From assembly GCA_947631025.1 (NCBI GenBank), contig CANRKA010000002.1, positions 720 to 64,719 of the forward strand: DNA of 64,000 nucleotides, written 5' to 3'. The position numbers and the translations under genes are program-made. The notes beneath the pieces were generated by a model. The model was not told the DNA's origin, made no database searches, and saw only the letters and a list, made by a program, of their open reading frames with translations. The DNA is from an uncultured Clostridia bacterium (lineage in GTDB: Bacteria > Bacillota > Clostridia > TANB77 > CAG-508). This document shows positions 1 to 10,877 of this stretch, in pieces (position 1 is the first letter of the stretch; each line of letters begins with the position of its first letter).

Positions 1-1533
1 TCTGGTACTGTTAAGAAAAGAGACCCTGAAACAGTTAACAAAAAAATAGCAACAGGATTAGTAGAAATAAAAATTGAAGAAATTAAAATTTTAGGTAAAA
101 GGACAAAAGAGCTTCCTTTTGAAGTAAATACAAACCAAGAAGTTAGAGAAGATTTAAGACTTCAATATAGATATTTAGATTTAAGAAATGATAAAAACAA
201 AAATAATTTAATATTACGTTCTAAGGTTTTACAATTTTTAAGAACTCAAATGATAAATCAAGGATTTTTAGAAGTTCAAACACCAATTCTTACGAGCTCT
301 TCTCCTGAAGGAGCTAGAGATTACTTAGTTCCAAGCAGACTTCATGCCGGAAAATTTTATGCTTTGCCACAAGCACCACAACAATTTAAACAATTATTAA
401 TGGTTTCTGGCATAGATAAATATTTTCAAATTGCTCCTTGTTTTAGAGATGAAGATGCAAGAGCAGACAGAGCACCTGGCGAATTTTACCAAATGGATAT
501 GGAAATGGCATTTAGCACACAAGAAGATGTTTTTAGCGTTATAGAACCTGTAATGTACAATACATTTAAAGAATTTTCAAATAAAAAAATAGCTGAATAT
601 CCATTCCCTAGAATTACTTATAAAGATGCAATGCTTAAATATGGAACAGATAAGCCAGACTTAAGAAATCCTTTATTTATTATAGATTTGTCTGAATTCT
701 TTAATAAATGTACTTTTAAACCTTTTATGAATACCACTGTAAGAGCTATAAAAGTAAAAGGTCATTTATCTAAAGGTTTCCACGAAAAAATGCTTCAGTT
801 TGCACAAAGTATTGGTATGGGTGGATTAGGATACTTAGAAGTTTTAGAAGACTTAAGTTTTAAAGGACCTATAGATAAATTTATTCCAGATGAATTAAAG
901 AAAGAATTAATAAATTTAGCTGAACTTGAAAAAGAAGATACAATTTTCTTTATTGCAGATAACGAAATAAGAGCAACAGACTATGCAGGTCAAATAAGAG
1001 ATGAATTAGGAAAAAGACTAAATTTAATTGAAGAAGATGTATTTAAATTTTGTTGGATTATAGACTTCCCAATGTTTGAACTTGACGAACACGGTAATTT
1101 GGCATTTAGCCATAATCCATTTTCTATGCCACAAGGAGGATTAGATGCTTTAAATAATGAAAATCCATTAGATATTTTAGCATACCAATATGATATTGTA
1201 TGCAATGGAATAGAACTTTCTTCTGGTGCTGTTAGAAATCATGATATAAAAATAATGCTTAAAGCATTTGAAATGGCAGGTTATACCGAGGAACAAGTTA
1301 AAACAAAATTTGGTGCATTATATACAGCTTTCCAATTTGGAGCTCCACCTCATGCAGGAATTGCTCCAGGTGTTGATAGAATGATAATGTTATTAACACA
1401 AAGCGAAACAATAAGAGATGTAATTGCGTTCCCTATGAATAGTAAAGCTCAAGATTTAATGATGGGTGCACCTGGAACAGTTAGTAAAGAGCAACTAAAA
1501 GATGTTCATATAAAATTAGATGTTAAAGAATAA
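1..1533 (+). CDS. aspS: Aspartyl-tRNA synthetase, 3' ~1.5 kb (5' end outside window)
   Basis: Frame 1 is open from base 1 (SGTVKKRDPETVNKK...) and continues into the 250..1533 ORF. Class II AspRS motifs are present (FRDEDARADR, QMDMEMAF, GIAPGVDRMIMLL). The stop is followed by a hairpin. Confidence 0.93.
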   Translation, partial: SGTVKKRDPETVNKKIATGLVEIKIEEIKILGKRTKELPFEVNTNQEVREDLRLQYRYLDLRNDKNKNNLILRSKVLQFLRTQMINQGFLEVQTPILTSSSPEGARDYLVPSRLHAGKFYALPQAPQQFKQLLMVSGIDKYFQIAPCFRDEDARADRAPGEFYQMDMEMAFSTQEDVFSVIEPVMYNTFKEFSNKKIAEYPFPRITYKDAMLKYGTDKPDLRNPLFIIDLSEFFNKCTFKPFMNTTVRAIKVKGHLSKGFHEKMLQFAQSIGMGGLGYLEVLEDLSFKGPIDKFIPDELKKELINLAELEKEDTIFFIADNEIRATDYAGQIRDELGKRLNLIEEDVFKFCWIIDFPMFELDEHGNLAFSHNPFSMPQGGLDALNNENPLDILAYQYDIVCNGIELSSGAVRNHDIKIMLKAFEMAGYTEEQVKTKFGALYTAFQFGAPPHAGIAPGVDRMIMLLTQSETIRDVIAFPMNSKAQDLMMGAPGTVSKEQLKDVHIKLDVKE

Positions 1534-1548
1534 ATAAAAAGTAAAATA

Positions 1549-1576
1549 GAACCAAATTTTTAAAAAATTTGGTTCT
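1549..1576. terminator. Bidirectional hairpin terminator between convergent aspS and holA
   Basis: agaaccaaatttt / aaaatttggttct inverted repeat flanked by an A-run and a T-run; it overlaps the holA stop. Confidence 0.7.
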
Positions 1577-2603
1577 ATTTTGAACAATTTTCACAAAGAA
1601 TAGTTTTTAATCCTAAATTTAAATCTATTAATCCTTGTTTATAATTTGCATCTAAATCTATTAACTTTTGTATTATTTTTCTTAATTCTTCCTTTGTAAA
1701 ATATTCTGATTGTGTTTTATATTTACTTGTTAAAAACATTTGATTTGGTTTTAATTTTAAGCTTTCTGCGATATCTTCATTTTGCTCAATAGCTATTTTT
1801 ATTATATATAATTTTTTAAAATGATTATAAAGTGTTACTAATATTTTTTGTATTGGTTCTTTAGAATAAATTAAATTATCTAAAATTTCTAAAGATTTTC
1901 GTATTTGCTTTTTTCCTAAGTTATCTGTTAAATCAAATATAACAGCTTCCATTTGTTTAATGCAAAGATTATCAATATCTATTTTTTTTATTGTTCCATT
2001 TTCTCCTGCATATTCAATTAACTTTCTTATTTCATTAATTAAGACTTGCATATTTGTGCCACATGATTCTATTAAATAATTTAAGTCTGCATTAGAAACT
2101 TTTACTTTATATGCATTACATATATTATTTAGCCTTGCGCAAGCCTGATTTGGTTTTAGTCTTTCAAAATTACAAACAATTCCTATTTTTTCAATAGTAT
2201 TATATAATTTATTTTTTTCTACAGAATCTTCAACAAATATTAATAAACAATTTTCTTTAATATTGTCTTCATTATTTTTTATGTAATCATTTATTAAATC
2301 TACAGTTTTTTCCTTTTCCTTGCTTTTGTTTTTTCCGCCTCTTTCAAAAATTTTAGAGTTTTTAACTATAATTAGTTTATTTTCATAGCCAAATGCTGGT
2401 GTTTCGATATTTTGAATTAATTCGTCTATATTATTTTCATATATTTGAATGTAGTTTATTCCATTAATTAACTCTCCAAAATTTCTTTTTATTTTTTTTA
2501 GGCAACTTTCTAGCAAAAAGGATTCTTCCCCATACAATAAATATATAGATTTAGGTAGATTTTGTTTTAGCTTTTTTTCTAATTGTTCTGGTGTTGTTAT
2601 CAT
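1575..2603 (-). CDS. holA: DNA polymerase III subunit delta
   Basis: 342-aa ORF with the N-terminal IYLLYGEESFLLE signature and the length and architecture typical of HolA. Confidence 0.8.
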   Translation of the reverse strand: MITTPEQLEKKLKQNLPKSIYLLYGEESFLLESCLKKIKRNFGELINGINYIQIYENNIDELIQNIETPAFGYENKLIIVKNSKIFERGGKNKSKEKEKTVDLINDYIKNNEDNIKENCLLIFVEDSVEKNKLYNTIEKIGIVCNFERLKPNQACARLNNICNAYKVKVSNADLNYLIESCGTNMQVLINEIRKLIEYAGENGTIKKIDIDNLCIKQMEAVIFDLTDNLGKKQIRKSLEILDNLIYSKEPIQKILVTLYNHFKKLYIIKIAIEQNEDIAESLKLKPNQMFLTSKYKTQSEYFTKEELRKIIQKLIDLDANYKQGLIDLNLGLKTILCENCSK

Positions 2604-2634
2604 ATTTATTTTCCTTTTTATAAAACTTACTTAA

Positions 2635-2654
2635 GGACACAGCATGCCGTGTCC
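2635..2654 (-). terminator. GC-rich hairpin downstream of the zinc-ribbon gene
   Basis: ggacac-agcatgcc-gtgtcc stem-loop directly after the 2661 stop. The T-run on the minus strand is weak. Confidence 0.45.
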
Positions 2655-2660
2655 CTACAT

Positions 2661-3095
2661 TTATTTTTCTTCTTTATTATTTTTGTTATCTTCTACAATT
2701 TCAACTTCCTTTGCTTCTTGTTTTGCATCTTCTGGTTGCTTTGCTCCGCAATTTGGACAAAATTTTGAATTTACTTCCATTTCTGTATTACATTTTTTAC
2801 ATTGTTTTTTATCTTTTAATTCTAATATTTCTTTTCTGTAATCTTCTATTTCATCTGCAAGAACGTCTATTTTTGTACATTCTTGTTCTATTTCTTCTTC
2901 TATATTTTGTTTTTCTTCTCTTACATGATTTTCATATACTTTTTTTCCTATTTCTTTATATAAATCATTTATTTTACCTTTATTTTCATTAATTGCCATT
3001 TTTATTTTTGTTTCTTTTGCAATTCTTCCTGTTTTTTCTGCTGCTCCTTTATATGTTTCGCTTGCTTTTTTTCCAATTTTATCAAAAAAATCCAT
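2661..3095 (-). CDS. Zinc-ribbon domain protein with a charged coiled N-terminal half
   Basis: C-terminal CKKC...CPNC pair. An aggagg SD lies 7 nt upstream of the ATG. Confidence 0.6.
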   Translation of the reverse strand: MDFFDKIGKKASETYKGAAEKTGRIAKETKIKMAINENKGKINDLYKEIGKKVYENHVREEKQNIEEEIEQECTKIDVLADEIEDYRKEILELKDKKQCKKCNTEMEVNSKFCPNCGAKQPEDAKQEAKEVEIVEDNKNNKEEK

Positions 3096-3247
3096 TACTA
3101 TTTCCTCCTATTTTTATTATAATAAATCTATATAAGTTTATTCAAACTAAATATAAAAAATATTATCACTATAAATTTTTTTTGTCAAATTTAGCTTATT
3201 TTCATAATCAAAAATATTTCATAATTTTAAAAGAAGACTAGATTACT

Positions 3248-4246
3248 TTAGCCTTCTTTTGTTACTTCACTTTTTCTATCTCTTGTCATTAAAATCTCAA
3301 CTGCCTTTTTTGGTTCTAAATTATTATATAAGCAATTATATACCATCTCTACAATTGGCATTTCTACATTATTTATTTTTGCAAGTTCATATGCTACTTC
3401 TATATTATCAATACTTTCTATTGTCATTCCAACTTCTTTTTTTGTTTCTTCTAAAGATTTTCCTTGTCCTATTAAAAATCCTGCTTTTCTATTTCTACTA
3501 TGTTCACTTAAGCATGTTACAATTAAATCACCTAAACCACTTAATCCATAAAAAGTTTCTTTTTCTCCACCTAATTTTACTCCTAATCTTGTAATTTCAG
3601 TTAATCCTCTTGTAACTAGTGCAGCATAAGAATTATCTCCTAATCCTAAACCAGCAGCAACACCACTACAAAATGCAACTATATTTTTTAATGCTCCCCC
3701 AAGTTCAACTCCTTTTACATCTGTTGATGTATAAATTCTTAAATCCTTGCTCATAAAGTTTTCTTGTACTTCTTTTAAAATATCTTCATGTTTAGAAGCT
3801 ATAACAAGAGCTGTAGGAATTCCAATTGAAACCTCTTCTGCATGGCTTGGTCCTGAAAGTACTCCAATTTTTGTATTTGGTAGTTCTTCTTGAATTACTT
3901 CATCTAAGGTTTTTAAAGTATCTTTTTCGAATCCTTTAGAACATATTATAACTGGTTGATTAGTTACATATTTTTTATATTCTTTAACAATATTTCTTGT
4001 AAAAGCAGATGGTGTTACATGAATTATAATGTCTGAGCCTTTTATTACTTCTTCGTAGCTTAATGAACATTCTATTCCATCTGGTAAAGTTATATTTGGT
4101 AAAAACTTACACTTTCTTTCATTGTTAATTAGGTCTGCTTCTTCTTTTTTAAAAGACCAAATTTTTACTTTGTTTCCTAAGTTTGCTAGGTATACACTTA
4201 AAGCCACTCCCCAGCTTCCACTTCCTATTATGGATATATTTTTCAT
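3248..4246 (-). CDS. gpsA: NAD(P)H-dependent glycerol-3-phosphate dehydrogenase
   Basis: N-terminal GSGSWG Rossmann motif, full-length similarity to GpsA, and conserved der-plsY-gpsA synteny. Confidence 0.92.
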   Translation of the reverse strand: MKNISIIGSGSWGVALSVYLANLGNKVKIWSFKKEEADLINNERKCKFLPNITLPDGIECSLSYEEVIKGSDIIIHVTPSAFTRNIVKEYKKYVTNQPVIICSKGFEKDTLKTLDEVIQEELPNTKIGVLSGPSHAEEVSIGIPTALVIASKHEDILKEVQENFMSKDLRIYTSTDVKGVELGGALKNIVAFCSGVAAGLGLGDNSYAALVTRGLTEITRLGVKLGGEKETFYGLSGLGDLIVTCLSEHSRNRKAGFLIGQGKSLEETKKEVGMTIESIDNIEVAYELAKINNVEMPIVEMVYNCLYNNLEPKKAVEILMTRDRKSEVTKEG

Positions 4247-4299
4247 TGTTTCTCCTTTATTTTATATTAATTACATATTTTTATTTAGCATTTATCTTA

Positions 4300-4941
4300 T
4301 TATTTTTTTGAAAGCGATAATTTATTCTCAGTTCCATTCATTATTCTTTTTATATTTTCTCTATGATTAAAACATACTATAATTGCTAAAATAATACTAA
4401 ATAAGAAATACCCTTTTCCATCTACAATATAATGTGTATGTATAAATAAAGTTAATACTGGAAATAGAACAGCTGCAGATATTGCCCCTAAAGATACCAT
4501 TCTAGTAACAGCTATTAATACTAAAGCAAATATTAAACATATTAATCCAATTTGCCAATTAGTTACAAGTAAAACACCCAATGATGTTGCAACACCTTTT
4601 CCTCCTCTAAATTCAAAAAATATAGGAAATGTGTGTCCTAATACAACAGCTATTGCTGCTATTTGTACTAAATAGCTTTGTCCTTCAAAATCTTTTACTA
4701 TATTTCCAATTAAAATTGCTATCCATATTGCAACTATACCCTTTAATATATCACACACAAGAGTTAATGCAGCAGCTCCTTTTCCAACGCTTCTAAGCAT
4801 ATTTGTTGTTCCTGCATTTCCGCTTCCTTTTTCTCTTACATCAAATCCTGCAAATTTTCTACTAAAAATTACCGAAAAATTAATACTTCCTATTGCATAA
4901 GCTATAATTGCTACTATTATATATGGTACCATAAAAATCAA
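4300..4941 (-). CDS. plsY: Glycerol-3-phosphate acyltransferase PlsY
   Basis: Polytopic 213-aa protein with GSGNAGTTN and FRGGKGVATS motifs. Confidence 0.92.
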   Translation of the reverse strand: MIFMVPYIIVAIIAYAIGSINFSVIFSRKFAGFDVREKGSGNAGTTNMLRSVGKGAAALTLVCDILKGIVAIWIAILIGNIVKDFEGQSYLVQIAAIAVVLGHTFPIFFEFRGGKGVATSLGVLLVTNWQIGLICLIFALVLIAVTRMVSLGAISAAVLFPVLTLFIHTHYIVDGKGYFLFSIILAIIVCFNHRENIKRIMNGTENKLSLSKK

Positions 4942-4947
4942 TCCTTT

Positions 4948-6274
4948 CTATTTATCTTCTTTTTCACGTACAATAATTCTAACTGGTGTTCCTTCTAATC
5001 CAAATTCTTTTCTTAATTGATTTACTATATATCTTTGGTATGAAAAATGAAATATTTTCTTGCTGTTAACAAATATTACAAATGTTGGTGGCTTTGTACT
5101 TGCCTGTGTTATATACAATACTTTTAATCTTCTACCTTTATCTGTTGGTGGTTGTACTAATGCTATTGCTTCGTTTAGTACTTGATTTAGTGTAGCTGTT
5201 GGTACTCTTAATGCATTATTATTTGCCACCATATTAATTAACTCAAATAATTTATTAACTCTCTGCCCGGGTTTTAGCTGAAATAAATATTATTGGTGCA
5301 TACGATAAATACGATAATTTTTCATATACTTCTTTTTTATATTTTTCTAGAGTTCCTGTTGATTTTTCGTATTCATCCCATTTATTTACAACTATTATTA
5401 TACCTTTACCTGCTTCATGAGCTTCTCCTGCAATTTTGGCATCTTGGTCTGTTACACCTTCATTTGCATCTATCATCATTAAGCATACATCTGAACGTTC
5501 TATTGCAAGCATTGTTCTCATTACACTAAATTTTTCTATACGTTCATCAACTTTGTTTTTCTTTCTAATTCCTGCTGTATCTATTAAAATATATTTTCCA
5601 AATTCATTTTCAAATTCAGAATCTATTGCATCTCTTGTTGTTCCAGCAATATTGCTAACTATAACTCTGTTTTTACCTAATATTTTATTAACTAAAGAAG
5701 ATTTTCCTACATTTGGTTTTCCTATAATTGCAACTTTTGTAATGTTTTCTTCCTCTTCATTTAAATCCTTTTTAGGAAATTTTTCATATATTGCATCTAA
5801 TAAATCTCCAATTCCTTTCGCATTAGCAGCAGAAATTGCATATGGCTCTCCTAAACCTAAATTGTAAAATTCATATATATTGCTATCTGGATTTGTTCCA
5901 AATTCATCTGCTTTATTACATGCAAGGATTACAGATTTTTTTGATTTTTTTAGCATTATTGCAATATCTTGATCTGCCGATGTTACACCTTGTTTTATAT
6001 CTGTTAAAAATATAATTACATCTGCAAGTTCTATTGCTATATTTGCTTGTTCTCTCATTTGAGACAGTATTATATCTTCAGATTCTGGCTCAATTCCACC
6101 TGTATCTATTACTGTAAAATCTCTTCCTCTCCAATTTGCTTCTGCATAAACTCTATCTCTTGTAACTCCTGGAGTATCTTCTACAATAGAAATCTTTTTC
6201 CCAACTATATAATTAAAAAATGTTGATTTTCCTACATTTGGTTTTCCTACTATTGCTACAACTGGTTTTGCCAT
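4948..6274 (-). CDS. der: Ribosome-associated GTPase Der/EngA; needs a +1 shift at in-frame CGG 5267-5269
   Basis: The track splits it into 5255..6274 (two GTPase domains, GKPNVGKS twice) and 4948..5232 (KH-like C-terminal domain). Skipping the C of acc-CGG-gca gives [29 protein letters not shown]. Total length 1327 nt = 3n+1, 441 aa. Confidence 0.85.
5267..5269 (-). other. In-frame CGG at the frame junction (+1 onto GGG) in der
   Basis: mRNA sense: aaa acc CGG gca gag agt taa. The downstream frame is ggg cag aga gtt aat. Confidence 0.75.
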
Positions 6275-6446
6275 TTTTTCACCTTCTTTTCTTTGCTATT
6301 ATATTAGAAAAGCTAAAAAAAAACAACCTTTTTTGCAATACATTTAAAATTTATGCTTATAAACTTTATTGCTTTTGTTATACTACTATTATATTTTGTT
6401 TTAAATTAAAAAAGTGTATGTCAGCAATAAAATAAAAAAATAAAAA

Positions 6447-6473
6447 CCTATTTAGATTAATTTTCTAAATAGG
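6447..6473 (-). terminator. Rho-independent terminator after rpmF
   Basis: cctatttaga-N7-tctaaatagg stem followed on the minus strand by tttttattttttt. Confidence 0.75.
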
Positions 6474-6509
6474 CTTTTAAAAATTTAAACATTTAATTTA
6501 GTTTTTATA

Positions 6510-6701
6510 TTAATTTTCTTCTGCTGTTTTTACAGCTACTGCTTTTCTACCATTATAATATCCACATTTTGTACATGCTCTGTGTGGCATTATTGGTTCA
6601 TGACATTGTGGACATTCTGCAATACTTGGTGCTTCTTTTTTCCATGTAGATCTTTTTGTATGTGTTCTTTGTTTTGACCATCTTCTTTTTGGTTGTGCCA
6701 T
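6510..6701 (-). CDS. rpmF: 50S ribosomal protein L32
   Basis: 63 aa with MAQPKRRWSKQR at the N-terminus and CPQC...CTKCG zinc knuckles. Confidence 0.93.
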   Translation of the reverse strand: MAQPKRRWSKQRTHTKRSTWKKEAPSIAECPQCHEPIMPHRACTKCGYYNGRKAVAVKTAEEN

Positions 6702-6867
6702 TATTATTCCCTCCTCTGTTTTAAGATATTTATATATCTGTATTTATTTTTATCTTTTTTAATCACTATAAGAGTATACTAGTTTTTTCCTAATTTGTCA
6801 ATAGTTGGCAAAATTTTAATTAATAAAATAAATAGAAATTAACATATTACAATAGGTTATTATTATT

Positions 6868-8076
6868 TTATTTAAGAATTTCAATTGCCTTTTGTAATTG
6901 TGTATCATCTTTTTCTTCTACTGTTAAAACATTTTTAACTGTATCTGGTAATTCTACTTTTTCATCTGGTTCTATTCCAACTTTATTAATTTTAGTTTTA
7001 TTTGGAGTAAAATATTCATTTGTTGTTATTTTTATTCCGCTTCCATTTGATAGGCTTAAAACCTCTTGTATAACACCTTTTCCATAAGATTTAGTTCCTA
7101 CTACTTTTGCTTCTAAATTGTCTCTTAAAGCTCCTGTTAAAATTTCTGAAGCACTTGCAGTATTTTCATTTATTAAAACTACTACTGGAATATTTATATA
7201 TTTATCTTCTTTTGCTTTTCTTATTTCTTCTTTACCTTTTTTATCTGTTGTTATTAATAGTGTAGCATCTTTTTGTGTAAAGTAATCAGTAATTTCTAAT
7301 GCTTCTTCTACTAATCCTCCACCATTATTTCTTAGGTCTATTATTAATGCTTTTAATTTTCCATCTTTATTTATTTCGTCATATTTTTGCTTAAATTCTT
7401 CTGCACATCCTTCATCAAATGTAGATAATTTTAAGTATCCTATATTATTATTTAATATTTTTTCTTCTACATGATTTATTTTTATATTTTCCCTTTTAAT
7501 TTCAAATGTTAAAGTTTCTGCTTCTCTTATTATTTCTAATTTAACAGTTGAACCAACTTCACCTTTAATTTTGTTTGCCGCTTCTGTCATTTGTTCACCT
7601 GTATATTCAACATCATCTACTTTATTTATAATATCTCCTGGTAATATACCAGCATTAAAAGCAGGTGTTCCATCTATTGGTGTTAGAACCTTAATAACAT
7701 TATTTTCTGTGTCTTTTACCATATAAATTCCGATACCTGTAAAGTTTCCTAAGGTATCTTCTTCGAAGTCTTTCATTTCTTCTGCTGTATAATATTCTGT
7801 ATATTCGTCGTCTAAGGCATTTATATATCCTTTTATTGCACCTTCATTTAATTTATTTTCATCTACATCTCCTAAGTAATATTCATCTATTATTTTTTTA
7901 AATCTTGATATTTCTGTAGATAAATTTGTATTTTCTCCTGAAGATATGTATTGAATTTTCTTGCCATTTGTAGCATATTTATATACAACTACTGTTGTAA
8001 GTAAACAAGTAACAAGTGCTGTTACAAATATTAACATTATAATTTTATAAATCTTTTGTTTTTTCTCTTCTTCCAT
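6868..8076 (-). CDS. ctpA: S41 family C-terminal processing peptidase
   Basis: N-terminal TM helix, a PDZ segment (GILPGDII) and the S41 catalytic region (NENTASASEI ... KSYGKGVIQ). Confidence 0.85.
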   Translation of the reverse strand: MEEEKKQKIYKIIMLIFVTALVTCLLTTVVVYKYATNGKKIQYISSGENTNLSTEISRFKKIIDEYYLGDVDENKLNEGAIKGYINALDDEYTEYYTAEEMKDFEEDTLGNFTGIGIYMVKDTENNVIKVLTPIDGTPAFNAGILPGDIINKVDDVEYTGEQMTEAANKIKGEVGSTVKLEIIREAETLTFEIKRENIKINHVEEKILNNNIGYLKLSTFDEGCAEEFKQKYDEINKDGKLKALIIDLRNNGGGLVEEALEITDYFTQKDATLLITTDKKGKEEIRKAKEDKYINIPVVVLINENTASASEILTGALRDNLEAKVVGTKSYGKGVIQEVLSLSNGSGIKITTNEYFTPNKTKINKVGIEPDEKVELPDTVKNVLTVEEKDDTQLQKAIEILK

Positions 8077-8139
8077 ATTTTTCCTCCCAAAAATTAATTC
8101 TTATCAATTATACTACAAAAAATTAAAAAATAGTATACA

Positions 8140-8946
8140 TTATTTAAATTTCTCTATAAGTATTATTTGTTTTCCTTTTTTTGAAGTTCCTAAAATTTGT
8201 TTTATTTCGAATCTACCTTTTCCTCTAATTGTAATTATATCTTTTGTTTTTATTTCTTTAGAGTTTTTTGTTTCTATAATAAAATTCAAATAAACTCTTT
8301 GATTTATAATTATTTCGTTTGACTTTGTTCTTGAACATTTTGCAAGTTCAGAAACAATACTATCTAATCTTAGAGAGGAAACTAAAATTTTAAATTCTTC
8401 TTTTTGTATATTTGGCTTTCTAATATTTTCTAGTTTTACTAAGCTAATTTCACTTTTTGAAAAACGCTTTAGCTCTTTTAAGCTATTTAATAAATAATTA
8501 GATATATCTTGCTTTGCTATTATGTCTGCACCATTTTCATCTACCAAAATATCTCCTATTTTTTCTCTTTTTATTCCTAATTTCATTAGACTACCTAAAT
8601 AATTTTTATGCACAAATTTTCCTTTATCTTCGTTTGGTAATTTTATTCTAATTATATTTATAAAATTTTCTATATTTGGCAAATGATTTTCAAAAACTTC
8701 TTCTAACTTTTCTGGGTATATTATAATTACTTTTCGTTCTGCTTGTTCACATACACCATATAATTTGTAATTATTTACTTTAAGTTTATTTAAAATTTCT
8801 TGTAATATTTTTTGCTCATATAAATTTAAAAAATCTGTTACAGTAATTTTATTTTGTCTTTTTGTTTCGTTTATTTTATCTAATAATTTTGAAATTAATA
8901 GTTTATCTTCATTATTGTATTTTATTAATAATTCTTGCTTGTCCAT
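8140..8946 (-). CDS. ylmH: YlmH-like RNA-binding S4-domain protein
   Basis: 268 aa with a C-terminal S4 domain (LRLDSIVSELAKCSRTKSNEII) and a YlmH-like N-terminal part (TDFLNLYE...AERKV). Confidence 0.65.
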   Translation of the reverse strand: MDKQELLIKYNNEDKLLISKLLDKINETKRQNKITVTDFLNLYEQKILQEILNKLKVNNYKLYGVCEQAERKVIIIYPEKLEEVFENHLPNIENFINIIRIKLPNEDKGKFVHKNYLGSLMKLGIKREKIGDILVDENGADIIAKQDISNYLLNSLKELKRFSKSEISLVKLENIRKPNIQKEEFKILVSSLRLDSIVSELAKCSRTKSNEIIINQRVYLNFIIETKNSKEIKTKDIITIRGKGRFEIKQILGTSKKGKQIILIEKFK

Positions 8947-8973
8947 AAAACAACTCCATAAAATATAATATTT

Positions 8974-10852
8974 TTAATTTAGTACACATTTACTTATATT
9001 TGTTATTTTTTGTATAATACTTTGAGTATCTAAACCATATATTTTTTCTAATTCATCTGTTGTTCCATGTTTTATAAATTTATCTGGATAACCAAATTTA
9101 TTTATTTGTATATCTTTTAGATTATTTTTTTGTACTAATTCTATTACTTTTGTTCCTAATCCACCTTCTGCAATATTGTCTTCTATTGTTATAACATTTT
9201 TTGTTTTTATGATAGAATTTAATATTGTTTCTTCATCTAGTGGCTTTAAAAACCTCGCATTTATAACCTCTGCGTTTATTTTATTTTCTTCTAATTTTTT
9301 TGCTATTTCCATTGCTCTACTAACCATTTTACCTATTGCTATTATACTTATGTCTTCCCCTTGTTTTATAAGTTCTGCTTTTCCTGTTTCTATTTTATTA
9401 TGCTCTTTAAATTTTTCTTTGCCTTCTCCACCTCTTGGATATCTTATTACTATAGGTCTTTTAATATTTACTGCATATTCTAGCATTTGTTCTAATTCTT
9501 TAAAATCTTTAGGTGCTAATATTTCTATATTTGGTACTATATTAAAAAATGATAAATCGAATATTCCTTGGTGTGTTTCACCATCATTTCCTACAATTCC
9601 CGCTCTATCTACGCATAATATAACTGGTAAGTTTTGTAGTGCAATATCGTGTATTACTTGGTCATAAGCTCTTTGGTAAAATGTTGAATATATTGGTACA
9701 ACAGGAATTAGTCCATTTTTTGCCATTCCTGCTGCCATTCCCAAAGTATGTTGTTCTGCTATTCCGACTATCGAAAAATCTTTTTGGAAATTCTTTGCTA
9801 AATTTAGCAAGTCCTGTTCCATCTTTCATAGATGCAGTTATTGCTACAATTTTTTCATTTTTCTTAGCAAGCTCTACTAATTTATCTCCAAAAACTTTTG
9901 AATAGTCTTTTTTACTTTCCTTTTTTGATGTTCCATCTTCTATATTAAAACTTGGTGTTGAATGAAATTTATCTGGGTTTTCTTCTGCTGGCTTATACCC
10001 TTTTCCTTTTTTTGTAACAACATGAATTAATATTGGTCCTTCTATGTCTTTAGCAATTTTAAAAATACTTTCCATTTTTTCTTGGTCGTGACCATCTACT
10101 GGGCCTATATATCTAAAGCCCATATCTTCAAATAACATATTTGTAAAAAATAATTGTTTAATACTATATTTTATTTTTCTTACAATATGTGTAATTTTTG
10201 TTCCTAAATAAGGAATTTTTAGTACAGCTTTTTTTATATAATTGTTTGATTTTCTATAAAGCTTTTTAGAACGAACCCTATTTAAAAATAGGGATATTCC
10301 ACCTACATTTTTTGAAATACTCATTTCGTTATCGTTTAAAACTACAATTAAATTTGTTTTAGAACTTCCAGCATCATTTAAAGCTTCTAGTGCCATTCCA
10401 CCTGTTAGGGCACCATCTCCAATAACTGCAATTATATTGTTGTTTTCCTTTTTTATATCTCTTGCTTTTGCCATTCCTAATGCAACAGAAATAGAAGTAC
10501 TGCTATGTCCTGTGTTAAAGCAATCTGCTTCATCTTCCTCTATTTTTGGAAATCCTGCTATTCCATTTAATTGTCTTAATGTTTTTAATTTTTCTTTTCT
10601 TCCTGTTAAAATTTTATGTACGTAAGTTTGATGTCCCACATCCCATATTATTTTATCTTCTGGAACATTAAAAACACTATGTAAAGCAATTGTTAGTTCT
10701 ACTACGCCTAAGTTTGAAGCTAAATGGCCTCCATTTTTAGATACTATTTCTATTATATATTTTCTTATTTCATTACTTAATTGTTTTTTTTCTTTGTAAT
10801 TTAATTTTTTTAAATCTTTTACATCAGTTATATGATCTATTATATTTTCCAT
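8974..10852 (-). CDS. dxs: 1-deoxy-D-xylulose-5-phosphate synthase; needs a +1 shift at in-frame CGG 9764-9766
   Basis: The track splits it into 9662..10852 (TPP-binding half, GHSSTSIS, GDGALTGGMA) and 8974..9822 (GIAEQH... transketolase-like half). Joined it reads FPKRFFDS-G-IAEQHTLGMAAG. 1879 nt = 3n+1, 625 aa. Confidence 0.85.
9764..9766 (-). other. In-frame CGG at the frame junction (+1 onto GGA) in dxs
   Basis: mRNA sense: ttc gat agt CGG aat agc. The downstream frame is gga ata gca gaa caa cat. Confidence 0.7.
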
Positions 10853-10877
10853 TTTTCTCCTCTTAATATATGATTTA

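Noticed and set aside
5265-5271. The cccggg palindrome (SmaI/XmaI site) at the der junction as a sign of a restriction/methylation motif or a cloning scar.
   Set aside because: The other 11 junctions share only CGG and no palindrome, so this one is a coincidence of acc + cgg + g.
4948-6274. Reading the split genes (der, dxs, uvrB, smpB, rluD, addA and others) as ordinary pseudogenes of a decaying genome.
   Set aside because: Every break is the same event: one extra C in front of a Gly codon, creating an in-frame CGG. Both halves stay fully intact with no other lesions, and several of the genes are normally essential. Random decay would give mixed indels and stops. Not fully excluded without read and proteome data.
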